Shown: positions 40,745 through 50,186 of the stretch, piece by piece | Numbering within the stretch: position 1 is the stretch's first letter | How the letters are laid out: each line of letters starts with the position of its first letter | Sequence record: DRR723986_5691 | Length of the DNA stretch: 64,000 bases | Strand: one strand, 5' to 3' | The notes under the pieces: generated by a model | What the model was told of the DNA's origin: nothing | The model's database searches: none | The model's input: only the letters and a program-made list of their open reading frames with translations | Program-made: the position numbers and the translations under genes

Positions 40745-41593
40745 ATGCCAATTACCTTCGCACCTCGTATCGCCATGTTCGGCTTTGACGCCACGGCCTC
40801 GCCCAAGTGGCAAATGGTGCCGAGGGGGTGGGAGCGCACGATTGTGGTGCGGGGGGCAGGTGCCCTAATTCCCGAATTGACCCCCAACGACATTGCCAGG
40901 GTCACCTATCGCCGTGTCGGCGCCGAACATCATCTGACGCTCAAGGGCCTCAAGGCTGGCAAGGGGTTTGTCCGCTTTGTGCCGAATGCCGGGTTTGCGG
41001 GGCCTGTTCCCAACAGCGACATTCTGGAAATCTCGGTCAAGACCGAGGTCAAGATCAACACGGCGTTTCACTATGTGAAGGACAACGCCGGCCACAAGAC
41101 CAACCGCAACATGGGCGACCTCAACGCCCTGATACGGGGCGTCAACCGGCTGCTGGACACCCAGGCCAACGTGCGGATGTACAGAAAGAGCGCACGCACG
41201 ATAACGGTTCCACAGAACCTGGGCGCCACGGTACGGTTTTCCAGCCACCTGGCGGGCGTTGCGGCCGCCGAACATGAATGGGACGATGTCACGGCCTTTG
41301 CCGATGCTGCCGCGGATTTCAATGTCTTCTTCGTGTGGCAGTATGAGCAGGATGCGACGCCTGCGGTCAACAACACCCGGGCCGGAACTCTGGCCGCCGA
41401 GAAGAACTGCCTGATGCAAGATACGATCACCGGCTCGACCCATGCCGAAACCCTGGCACACGAGACCATTCACCTGCGCGGCATCGGCCCGCACAGCGGA
41501 ACCGCAACACACCTGATCGCCAGTGGCGCGGTGCGGACGGGGCAGCTGATTTCGCGCGCCCAGGCCAACATCATCAATCCGTCGGGCACATAA
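40745..41593 (+). CDS. Hypothetical protein with a zincin-like HExxH motif
   Basis: TLAHETIHLRGIGPH near the C-terminus; beta-rich N-terminal half; no signal peptide. Confidence 0.72.
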   Translation: MPITFAPRIAMFGFDATASPKWQMVPRGWERTIVVRGAGALIPELTPNDIARVTYRRVGAEHHLTLKGLKAGKGFVRFVPNAGFAGPVPNSDILEISVKTEVKINTAFHYVKDNAGHKTNRNMGDLNALIRGVNRLLDTQANVRMYRKSARTITVPQNLGATVRFSSHLAGVAAAEHEWDDVTAFADAAADFNVFFVWQYEQDATPAVNNTRAGTLAAEKNCLMQDTITGSTHAETLAHETIHLRGIGPHSGTATHLIASGAVRTGQLISRAQANIINPSGT

Positions 41594-42492
41594 TGGTTCG
41601 ACACCGCAACCTGGCCGGATGCATCGCAGGGGCGTTTCTGTTCACCTGGCTTGCAGGAAGCACTATGGCAGACGACATGAACCTTGAGGCAGAGATCGAC
41701 ACCGCGCTGGCCGGAGGCTCGCCGGAAGCTGTGGTGGAGGCAGGCCCGGCCGCCGTCGCTCCCCTGGCCGCGCGCCTGGCTGCGGCGAAGACCGCCGGGG
41801 AAAAATCGGCCCTGGTGGATCTGCTGTCCGCCGTCGGTGGTGCTGACGCCTTGGCGCCCGTCTTGCCCTATATCAGTGATGCCGACCCGGACCTGCGCGC
41901 ACGCGCCAGCGCCGCAGCGCTGAAAGTCGTGCTGGCCAATGGCCCACCGTCTGGCCCCGTCGCCGAGCAGCTTCAAACCGAAGTATTAACGGCGCTGAAA
42001 GCGCCGGACGCGGAAGGCGGCGTGTTGCTGCTGGGGGCACTGGCACCCGGAGCGGAAGACGCGCTTGAAGCTCACCTCTCCGGCACACGCCTGGTCAAGG
42101 CACAACCACAGGAGCCCACGGCCCCCGCAGCCCTGGCAGCCCGGCTGGCGCTTTCGGCCTTGGGGGACGATGAAGCGCGAACCAGCCTCTTGAAGCAAAT
42201 CCCCGAGGCCGAGCCGGACAGTCTCGTCTTCATGCTGAAAGCCTTGCCCCTGATTGACGCGCCCGAAGTTCTGCATGCCCTGGCCGCAACCACCCTTTCC
42301 TCAGACGCCCCCGTCGCGGACGGTCTGCCAAGCGGAGCGGAACCCGCCCGGGAGGTGGCCGACGTCGCGGTCGAGGCGTTTGTCGCGCGCCTGAACCTAA
42401 CCCCTGGCTTCAAGGTGACGCCGGGCACCATCTACACGGCAGACCAACGGGCCGAAGTGGAAAGGCTCATCACGGGCTCCATCCCGAACTAG
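41593..42492 (+). CDS. Hypothetical exported Ala/Leu-rich helical (HEAT-repeat-like) protein
   Basis: TAATG overlap with the upstream gene; signal peptide ending TMA|DD; LPYISDADPDLRARASAA resembles a HEAT repeat. Confidence 0.72.
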   Translation: MVRHRNLAGCIAGAFLFTWLAGSTMADDMNLEAEIDTALAGGSPEAVVEAGPAAVAPLAARLAAAKTAGEKSALVDLLSAVGGADALAPVLPYISDADPDLRARASAAALKVVLANGPPSGPVAEQLQTEVLTALKAPDAEGGVLLLGALAPGAEDALEAHLSGTRLVKAQPQEPTAPAALAARLALSALGDDEARTSLLKQIPEAEPDSLVFMLKALPLIDAPEVLHALAATTLSSDAPVADGLPSGAEPAREVADVAVEAFVARLNLTPGFKVTPGTIYTADQRAEVERLITGSIPN

Positions 42493-42614
42493 ACAAACCA
42501 GTCTTCCAACTCTCTTTTTCGCCCCTGATACTTCAGCCCAGGACAATTGGCCGGATTTTACATTAACGAAAGGTCCCATCGGTAAACTGGAGAAAACCTT
42601 CCAGAGACGAGAAA

Positions 42615-43409
42615 GTGATGCCGTCTTCCAGTAACGCCGCTCTCGAAATTCTCAATCTTCACAAGCGTTTCAGCGAACCCGCAGTCAACGATCTCTCGTT
42701 GAAGGTGCGGGAAGGCGAATTCTACGCCTTGCTGGGCCCCAACGGTGCGGGCAAAACCACCACGCTGCGCATGGTCGCCGGCCTGCTTCAGGCCGATGCG
42801 GGGGCGGTCAGGGTCTGCGGCATCGATGCGTTTGCGGATCCGATTGCCGCCAAGCAGGTTCTGGCCTGGGTTCCGGACGAACCCATGGTCTACGACAAGC
42901 TGACGCCGCTTGAATATCTCGAGTTCGTGGCAGGCCTCTGGAGCATGCAGCCGGACCTTGCAAGGTTCAAGGCCGACAGCCTTCTGGAAGCCTTCGGACT
43001 TGCCCCCCATGCCAATGAGCGCTGCGGCGGGTTCTCGAAAGGCATGCGCCAGAAGGTGGCGCTTGCCGGAGCCCTGATCCATGAACCGCGCCTGATCATC
43101 CTCGATGAACCGCTCACCGGCCTTGATGCAGGCTCTGCCCGCCAGGTGAAGAAGGTGCTGACCGGGCTTGTCGCGCAGGGCGTGTCGATCATCATGACGA
43201 CCCATATCCTGGAGGTGGCGGAGCGCATGGCCGACCGGATCGGCATTATCGCCCGCGGACAGCTTGTTGCCGAAGGAACGCTGGAAGAGCTGCGCCAACG
43301 GGCAAGTGCCGGCGGCCATTCCCTGGAGGACATTTTCCTGGAAATCGTGGGCGGCGATGCCGGCGCACATGCGAACACGGCCGAACTCCTTGATGAGAAG
43401 GTGGCATGA
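42615..43409 (+). CDS. ABC-2 type transporter ATP-binding protein
   Basis: GPNGAGKTT, FSKGMRQK, ILDEPLTGLD. Confidence 0.92.
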   Translation: MMPSSSNAALEILNLHKRFSEPAVNDLSLKVREGEFYALLGPNGAGKTTTLRMVAGLLQADAGAVRVCGIDAFADPIAAKQVLAWVPDEPMVYDKLTPLEYLEFVAGLWSMQPDLARFKADSLLEAFGLAPHANERCGGFSKGMRQKVALAGALIHEPRLIILDEPLTGLDAGSARQVKKVLTGLVAQGVSIIMTTHILEVAERMADRIGIIARGQLVAEGTLEELRQRASAGGHSLEDIFLEIVGGDAGAHANTAELLDEKVA

Positions 43410-44953
43410 GAGCGTTGGCGGCCCCTTCCGCCCTGTTGCGCTTCTCCCGCCATGAATTGCGGCTGGCATGGCGCGACTGGGCCTGGATGTTTTCAGGCTG
43501 GCGCAGCACGAGCCTGCGGCGCGCCCTGATAGGCATGAGCCTCTTCTACGCGGTCATGCACCTGATCGCCTACGCGGTGCTTTCCCCCCGCTTTGCCACC
43601 GGGTTTGTTCTCGACCAGACAGCACAGGCAGCGCTTTCGGTCACGGTGCTGCTCAGCTTCACCATGATGCTGTCACAGGCGATGGAGTCGGTAACACGTG
43701 CGTTCTACGCAAGGGATGACCTGGACCTGATCCTGTCTTCCCCGGCCCCCTCGCGTGACCTGTTTCTCGTGCGCATCGTCATGATGGCCTTGACGAGCTG
43801 GGCCATGTCGGCGCTGGTCATCTCACCGTTCCTCAACGTTGCGGTGGTGCTTGGCGGGGAGCACTGGCTGGCGGGATATGTGGTTCTTCTGGCGGTATCG
43901 CTGAACGCGACCGCGGCAGGCGTTTTGATCACGCTCGCGCTGTTCCGAACGGTTGGCGCGCAGCGCACGCGGTTCTATGCGCAAATTCTGGCAGCGGTCG
44001 TTGGCGCGGCCTTCCTCATCGGGATGCAGGTGGTGGCGATCCTGTCCTTCGGGTCGATGTCGCGGTTCACGCTGTTCGACCCTGCCTTCCTGGCAAGCCA
44101 TGCGCCGGGTGAGGGCTCGCCCTGGTGGTTCCTCGCCCACACGGTGGCCGGACAGACCAATGCCGTGTTCCTGTTCCTGGCGGTTTCCGTCGCGTTTTTT
44201 GCGGTCGGGGCCTGGCGCGGCGCGGTCCAGTTCCGCAGCATTGTCGTGCTCGCACTTGGCGTTACGGAAAAGACCCCGCGCAGCCGCGCTTCCGAGCGGA
44301 CCTTTCGCAGTTATTCGCCGCTCGGCGCGCTCGTCTTGAAGGAACTCAAGCTCATCGCCCGGGATCCCTGGCTGATTTCCCAGACTTTGATGCAGGTTCT
44401 CTATCTCATTCCGCCGGCAGTCATGCTCTGGGTCAGCTTTGGCGAGAAAACCGAGATTTCCGTGATCGTCGCGCCGGTTGTCGTCATGGCGGTTGGACAG
44501 CTTGCCGGCGGCCTCGCCTGGCTGACCATCTCCGGTGAGGACGCACCCGACCTGATTGCGACAGCCCCCATCTCTGCGTTCACACGCCTGTGGGCGAAAG
44601 TGCTGTCGGTGCTGACGATTATCGCAGCAATCGTGCTGCCGATCTCCCTGGGTCTGGCGCTCATATCGCTCTGGGGCGCTGTTATCACCGCCGCCGGCGC
44701 CATGACCGCGGCAGCAAGCGCAGTGCTTGTTCAACTCTGGTTCCGGGCGCAGGCCAAGCGCACAACCTTCCGGCGCCGTCAGGTCGCTTCCAAGGCCTCC
44801 ACGCTTGCGGAGGCCGCCGCATCCATTGCCTGCGCGGCCGGGACGGCCCTCGTCGCGGCGGCAAGCCCGCTGGCGATCCTCCCGGTCTTCCTGCTCCTGA
44901 GTGTGCTTGGGATCTCCTGGAGCATCCGCCCGAAACACAGTGCAAGCGCCTGA
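43406..44953 (+). CDS. ABC exporter permease
   Basis: Multi-TM protein; DLDLILSSP, KELKLIARDP; ATGA overlap with the ATPase gene. Confidence 0.82.
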   Translation: MRALAAPSALLRFSRHELRLAWRDWAWMFSGWRSTSLRRALIGMSLFYAVMHLIAYAVLSPRFATGFVLDQTAQAALSVTVLLSFTMMLSQAMESVTRAFYARDDLDLILSSPAPSRDLFLVRIVMMALTSWAMSALVISPFLNVAVVLGGEHWLAGYVVLLAVSLNATAAGVLITLALFRTVGAQRTRFYAQILAAVVGAAFLIGMQVVAILSFGSMSRFTLFDPAFLASHAPGEGSPWWFLAHTVAGQTNAVFLFLAVSVAFFAVGAWRGAVQFRSIVVLALGVTEKTPRSRASERTFRSYSPLGALVLKELKLIARDPWLISQTLMQVLYLIPPAVMLWVSFGEKTEISVIVAPVVVMAVGQLAGGLAWLTISGEDAPDLIATAPISAFTRLWAKVLSVLTIIAAIVLPISLGLALISLWGAVITAAGAMTAAASAVLVQLWFRAQAKRTTFRRRQVASKASTLAEAAASIACAAGTALVAAASPLAILPVFLLLSVLGISWSIRPKHSASA

Positions 44954-45066
44954 AGGGCACCACACTTCAAGCAAGTGGCTGTTGACTGAAATATCGCCAG
45001 CCAACCTGACTATGAGGCGGTGCGAGGGGCAAATCGACCGCCGGAACAACGCCCACGCAAGTTCGC

Positions 45067-46014
45067 TCAAGGACCCCGTGAAGCTCTACGGGTGCCGCAT
45101 TCGGCAAGATATCGATGATAGAAATCCGTGTTCAGGCCGCTCGCCTGGCGTTGCAGTGAAGTCGTTTCGATAGCCTGGCCGGGCATGCCCAGCCAGTCCA
45201 GCAGGAGCTGTGTTGCCGCGCGGGGATCCCGGGCGAAGCGCTCATAGGCGGCATGGAACGGAACGATGCCGTTCTGTCTGAAATAGGCCAGCCAGCTTTC
45301 GCAGTCCTGCGAAATCCAGTTCACAAGCCTGTCGATGCTTTCAAAATCGTAGCTGGGCTCGGCGATACGCTCCTGCGCGGAAACCCATTGCTGGGTCTGG
45401 ATGGCAATGTGAAGCGATACGGCCTGATAGTAGATGTCGCCCCGGTGATTGTAGACGTAGAGGCAGTCGCCGAAGAGCTCCTCAAGCCTCGTCACGCCGA
45501 GTTCCCGCAGCAGGTCGAACTGATAATTGTGCAGCATCAGCGAGACCGGCAGACCCGAACCGGCGTCAAAATGCCGGATCGCCCGCACATAGCGCTTCAG
45601 CTCTTCTGCCGTTGCGGGCAGATCGTGAAACTCCGGCAGGAAGTGCCTGATCTTCTTGTCGAAATGCCCCTGCCCGAACCACTCGTAGCTTTGCCGGGTC
45701 ACCTTCGACGCACTCAGCGTTGTTGCCAGCGCCGTGCTGCCCGTTCTCTGGGTGGACGCAAAAACGATCGTGTCGCACGCAAGGCGGTGTGGGGCTGTCA
45801 CAAAGGTACCTCGCCCGGGAGAAATGTTGGCAACCGCAAGCTTGGGCCGCCTGGATTTGCGGGTCAACAGGCGTTCCGACACATCGCCTTGAAACGGCAG
45901 GCAGGCGATACCGGAGGAGCCTTTCCCCCCGCCCGCAAGAGACAGCAAACCTTTTACCGCCTCCCGCGTGCTCGGAAGCCGGACATGCAGTTTACTGAAC
46001 TTATCCTTAAGCAA
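45067..46014 (-). CDS. Stf0-family sulfotransferase; start uncertain
   Basis: STQRTGSTAL (5'-PSB), R.DIYYQAVS (3'-PB), QTQQW, YE, LQRQA. Confidence 0.75.
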   Translation of the reverse strand: MLKDKFSKLHVRLPSTREAVKGLLSLAGGGKGSSGIACLPFQGDVSERLLTRKSRRPKLAVANISPGRGTFVTAPHRLACDTIVFASTQRTGSTALATTLSASKVTRQSYEWFGQGHFDKKIRHFLPEFHDLPATAEELKRYVRAIRHFDAGSGLPVSLMLHNYQFDLLRELGVTRLEELFGDCLYVYNHRGDIYYQAVSLHIAIQTQQWVSAQERIAEPSYDFESIDRLVNWISQDCESWLAYFRQNGIVPFHAAYERFARDPRAATQLLLDWLGMPGQAIETTSLQRQASGLNTDFYHRYLAECGTRRASRGP

Positions 46015-46143
46015 ATTCGCTTCTAGTCAGCAATGTGCATGCGCCGCGTTGCCGGAAACGGCAAAGGTTCGAGCGTGCGCAGAGCTTACCGCCGCGCGAG
46101 GGGCCGGTGTCCGCATATCAATATGCATTTGAGGTATTTTGGA

Positions 46144-46677
46144 ATGAATTTCAGAGCTTTTGTCTCGGTGCTGGCCTTGCTGCCGGCAACAGGTGCGGCT
46201 GCCGCGCCGTTCAGCAGCGGCGATTGGGAAGCCGCCAGGATCGGCAGCACCTGCCTTGTCTATAACAACGCTCCGGCGCGCGACACCTCCGGCTCGTTGC
46301 AGTTCAGCTTCGACGTCAAAGGCTACAATGCGGATTTCACATACGAATATGCGCCCTACACCGAAAACGAAGAGGACCCCTGGGCCGAGACCGACCTGGT
46401 TGAAATCACCATCGACGGAGAAGATTCCTGGCTGGGAGGAGAGATGTTTCCCGTCGGCATGCAGGACCCTTACCAGATCTCGATGACCTCCGGCTTCGTG
46501 AAGGACATGGCCGCCGCGGTGGCAGATGCGCAGACAACGATCGACATTTCCGTCGAGCGCGAAAGCCTGGGCGAAACCTGGCTCTACGGCCGCTTCTCGC
46601 CGGCCGGCTTCAGCGAGAGCCTCGCCAAGGCCGCCGAGATGTGCGACTTCGACCCGGCCAATTTGCCGGAATCCTGA
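46144..46677 (+). CDS. Hypothetical exported acidic protein
   Basis: GAGG RBS, signal peptide, GDW...C and terminal GFS...C pattern. Confidence 0.7.
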   Translation: MNFRAFVSVLALLPATGAAAAPFSSGDWEAARIGSTCLVYNNAPARDTSGSLQFSFDVKGYNADFTYEYAPYTENEEDPWAETDLVEITIDGEDSWLGGEMFPVGMQDPYQISMTSGFVKDMAAAVADAQTTIDISVERESLGETWLYGRFSPAGFSESLAKAAEMCDFDPANLPES

Positions 46678-46717
46678 TCAAGCGTCGGCCACGCACCCGT
46701 CACGGGCGCTTGTTTCC

Positions 46718-47026
46718 TCAAGTGCCCGGACCATGCTCGAACCCGCCCAACAGAACGCCGTCACACCGGGCTGACGCAATCCTGTCTTTCTTAAGCGGGG
46801 CATAAAGATCGGACTCATACCAGGCTCGGGCAGTCTGGCTGTCGGGAAACTCGATCAGCACCGGGATATTGGGCGTCCAGTCACCTTCCAGAACGCTATC
46901 CATGTCGCCGAGAACACGGTAGCGCCCGCCAAAGTGTTCCACGGTTTCAAAGACCTTGGCGCGATAGGCACCCAGGCGTTCCGGATCGTGGATTTCCCTG
47001 ACGTCGAAAAACACGAATGCAGCCAT
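46718..47026 (-). CDS. DUF1330 domain protein
   Basis: FGGRY, LEGDWTP, LIEFPD, AWYES..Y. Confidence 0.85.
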   Translation of the reverse strand: MAAFVFFDVREIHDPERLGAYRAKVFETVEHFGGRYRVLGDMDSVLEGDWTPNIPVLIEFPDSQTARAWYESDLYAPLKKDRIASARCDGVLLGGFEHGPGT

Positions 47027-47082
47027 GGCGAAGTGTCCTTCCGTTGATTTCTTACCTGCGGCTGGAAATGCTAAACTTGGAC

Positions 47083-48138
47083 ATGTCCCGGCTCAATGCT
47101 CCACCGTCCGCAAGTTCTGCCCCCGCATCCGCGCGGGAAACGGCAGCCCTTGCCGGATCTGGACCGGCACAGGATCCACTCGCCGACGTTCTGAACCTCG
47201 TGCGCCTGACCGGTGCGCTGATGTTCCTTGTGGATGCCAGCGACCCCTGGTGTGTCGATATTCCCCACACGAATGCCTACCGCTCGATCCTTGCAGATCC
47301 CGGGCAGCACGTGCTGTCCTATCATGTCGCCCTCGAAGGCTCAGGCCTGGCCTCCATACCGGGTGAGACGCCCATCCGGTTCAACCGGGGTGACGTTCTC
47401 GTCTTCCCGCAGGGCGATGGGTACCGGATGGAAAGCGCAGCTGGAACGCCTCCCGAGTTCAGTGCGGACGAGGTTGTCGACTTTTTCGAAAACCTTGCCG
47501 CCGGACGCTTGCCGAGCATCGTTCCGGAAGGCGGTGGCGGAGACCCGCGGGCCTTGTTCCTGTGCGGGTTCCTCTCCTGCGACGCAAGACCCTTCAACCC
47601 GCTGCTTGCAAGGCTCGAACGCCGACTTCTTGTCTCGCCATCCGAAAGGACTGATGACAGTCTGCAAAGGCTGATCGACATAGCCCGGACAGAAATACAG
47701 TCAGACCAGCCTGGCAGCCGCAGTGTACGCCTGCATCTGTGCGAACTGATCTTCATCGAAACGCTTCGCCGCCATGTGCTGTCGCAGGCCCCGGCGAGCG
47801 AAGGCTGGCTCGGCGCCCTCACCGACCCGGTCGCCGGTGCCGCGATTACCGCCATACACGCCGACCCGGCATCGGACTGGACGCTGGAACGCCTTGCCCG
47901 GCAGATCAACACGTCCCGCACGGTGCTGACCGAACGCTTTGCCGGAAAAATGGGTCAGGGACCGATGCAATATGTGACGTCCTGGCGCCTGCAGCTCGCA
48001 GCGCGCCAATTGCGGGACAGCAGGTCTTCAATTGCGGAAATCGCCTGGAACGTGGGCTACCGGTCGGAAGCGGCGTTTTCCCGCGCATTCAAGAAGATGG
48101 CGGGCGTGTCACCCGGAGCCTGGCGGCGGATTGATTGA
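47083..48138 (+). CDS. AraC-family regulator with N-terminal cupin
   Basis: DPLADVL, WTLERLA, VGYRSEAAFSRAFK. Confidence 0.9.
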   Translation: MSRLNAPPSASSAPASARETAALAGSGPAQDPLADVLNLVRLTGALMFLVDASDPWCVDIPHTNAYRSILADPGQHVLSYHVALEGSGLASIPGETPIRFNRGDVLVFPQGDGYRMESAAGTPPEFSADEVVDFFENLAAGRLPSIVPEGGGGDPRALFLCGFLSCDARPFNPLLARLERRLLVSPSERTDDSLQRLIDIARTEIQSDQPGSRSVRLHLCELIFIETLRRHVLSQAPASEGWLGALTDPVAGAAITAIHADPASDWTLERLARQINTSRTVLTERFAGKMGQGPMQYVTSWRLQLAARQLRDSRSSIAEIAWNVGYRSEAAFSRAFKKMAGVSPGAWRRID

Positions 48139-48198
48139 TCCTGCGGACATGGCTCACCGGGCGAATAAGACGAACCAACCTCGCGTCAATGTGAGCGT

Positions 48199-48939
48199 CT
48201 AAACCTCGCCGCTGACCACCAGCTGCATACGGTCGGCCGCCACGCGGGCACGGGTGTATTGCAGGGGCTTGCCGGTCATGTCCAGGTTGACGCTTTCCAT
48301 CACCATCACCGGCTGGCCCAGCGCCAGGCCAAGCTGCTGGGCATCGCGGTTTTCCACCAGCTCGGCCGTGATGCGCGTTTCCTTGCGGCGGTAATCGGAA
48401 ATGCCGGCACGTTGCAAAGCCGCCGTGATTGATCCGGTGTCGGCATAATCAGCGACGAAATTGGGCACGCGGGACTGCTCGAACCAGCTTGTGGCCGCGA
48501 TCATCGGTACACCGTCGGCAACGCGCAGGGTTTCCACGCGAATGAGCAGCGTTCCGAGCGGCACGCCAAGCTGATGCGCCAGAAGGGCGTCGGCTTCCTC
48601 GACAGCCGAGCCGATCAACCGTCCGGACGGAGCCCGAAGTTGGCCGGAAACGATTTCCGAAAAGCGCGTGCGTGGCCCGATGGGATAGCTGAGCGGGGCT
48701 GAGGCAACAAAGGTGCCACGGCCCTGGTCGGCCCGCAGAATACCATCCGACGTCAGCGCGGCGATCGCCCGGCGGACCGTGTGGCGGTTGACGCCGAACC
48801 GGCTTGCAAGCTCGGATTCCGGCGGCAGGCGGCTGCCTTTTTCAAAGGCCCCGCTCACGATTTCCGCCTTCAGCGTTTCCATGATCTGGCGCCACACCGC
48901 AATTCCGGCGCTACGGTCGAGAGTGCTGTTCGTCGTCAT
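48199..48939 (-). CDS. phnF: Phosphonate metabolism regulator (GntR/HutC + UTRA)
   Basis: LPPESELASRFGVNRHTVRRAI, QGRGTFV, RTRFSE; divergent from phnG. Confidence 0.92.
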   Translation of the reverse strand: MTTNSTLDRSAGIAVWRQIMETLKAEIVSGAFEKGSRLPPESELASRFGVNRHTVRRAIAALTSDGILRADQGRGTFVASAPLSYPIGPRTRFSEIVSGQLRAPSGRLIGSAVEEADALLAHQLGVPLGTLLIRVETLRVADGVPMIAATSWFEQSRVPNFVADYADTGSITAALQRAGISDYRRKETRITAELVENRDAQQLGLALGQPVMVMESVNLDMTGKPLQYTRARVAADRMQLVVSGEV

Positions 48940-48980
48940 GAGCCCGTCATCAAATTTCGGTACCAAAGAGTCAACCGGAT

Positions 48981-48998
48981 TATTTGTCTAGACAAATA
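48981..48998. promoter_or_regulatory. Putative PhnF operator
   Basis: Perfect 18-bp palindrome TATTTGTCTAGACAAATA with a HutC-type GTnTAnAC core. Confidence 0.72.
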
Positions 48999-49071
48999 GA
49001 CAAATCAAGTCTAGGACAAGGGCGTTTTCAAACGCTTTCCGAAGAACCGCCCAACCCAAAAGGCGCGCTTC

Positions 49072-49557
49072 ATGACAGACATTACCTCTTCCGCCTCCCC
49101 AGACACCCAACCCGGCGCAGCCGTGGGCGCCCGCCAGAAGGTGATCGCGACACTGGCCGCAGCCTCCGCCGAGGCCGTCGCGGAAAAATTCAGCGCACTT
49201 CCGCCGCAAAGCTACGAGCTGGTGCGCCAGCCCGAAACCGGCCTGGTGATGGTGCGCGGCCGCATGGGCGGCACCGGCAGTCCGTTCAACCTGGGCGAGG
49301 TCACCGTCACCCGCTGCGTTGTTCGCCTGGAAACGGGTGAAACCGGCAATGCCTACAGCCTTGGTCGCAACAAGCAGAAAGCGCTGCAGTCCGCCGTGAT
49401 CGACGCCCTGTGGCAACACCCTGCAATGCAGGAGCGCATCGAGACGGACATCATCGCGCCGCTGGCCGAAGCCCAGGCAGGAACGCAGGAAACCGTTCGC
49501 GAGGAAACCGAGGCCACCAAGGTCAACTTCTTCACCATGGTGCGGGGAGACAACTGA
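49072..49557 (+). CDS. phnG: C-P lyase subunit PhnG
   Basis: PETGLVMVRGRMGGTGSPFNLGEVTVTRC, TKVNFFTMVRG. Confidence 0.95.
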   Translation: MTDITSSASPDTQPGAAVGARQKVIATLAAASAEAVAEKFSALPPQSYELVRQPETGLVMVRGRMGGTGSPFNLGEVTVTRCVVRLETGETGNAYSLGRNKQKALQSAVIDALWQHPAMQERIETDIIAPLAEAQAGTQETVREETEATKVNFFTMVRGDN

Positions 49558-50183
49558 TGAGCGCAGCACAACAGACCGCCGCCGCCCCGCTGGCCGCAGG
49601 ATTTCAGGACCCGGTTCACGATGCGCAGGGTTGCTTTCGCGCGATCATGAATGCCATGGCCCGCCCGGGTACGCGGCAGGCGATTTCCACCGGCAATCTG
49701 AAGCCGCCCGCACCGCTGACGCAGGTGGCCGCGGCCATTGCCCTGACCCTGTTCGACTACGACACGCCAATCTGGCTCGACAAGCCTCTGATGACGTCGG
49801 ACGCCGTGAAGACCTTTCTGCGCTTCCACACCGGCTGCCCGATCGTCACCGAACCGGTGGAAGCGGCCTTTGCGCTGGTCAGCGCACCGGTGAACATGAT
49901 CCCGCTGGCAAGTTTCAACCAGGGATCCGCCGAATATCCGGACCGGTCGACAACGGTGATCCTGACTGGTCAGGACTTCGGGTCCCATCCGGCAGTCTCC
50001 TTTAGCGGCCCGGGCATCAAGGACACCGTTTCCTTTGGCACCGGTCCGGTTCCGCCAGTGTTCTGGGACCAGGTGATTGCCAACAACCGCCAGTTTCCAC
50101 GGGGTATCGATCTGGTCTTTGCCGGACAGGATGTGCTGTCTGCCCTGCCCCGTTCCACCCGCATCCTCAAAGCGGAGGTCTGA
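49557..50183 (+). CDS. phnH: C-P lyase subunit PhnH
   Basis: AQGCFRAIMNAMARPG, LRFHTG, EYPDRSTT, FPRGID, LPRST. Confidence 0.95.
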   Translation: MSAAQQTAAAPLAAGFQDPVHDAQGCFRAIMNAMARPGTRQAISTGNLKPPAPLTQVAAAIALTLFDYDTPIWLDKPLMTSDAVKTFLRFHTGCPIVTEPVEAAFALVSAPVNMIPLASFNQGSAEYPDRSTTVILTGQDFGSHPAVSFSGPGIKDTVSFGTGPVPPVFWDQVIANNRQFPRGIDLVFAGQDVLSALPRSTRILKAEV

Positions 50184-50186
50184 TCC

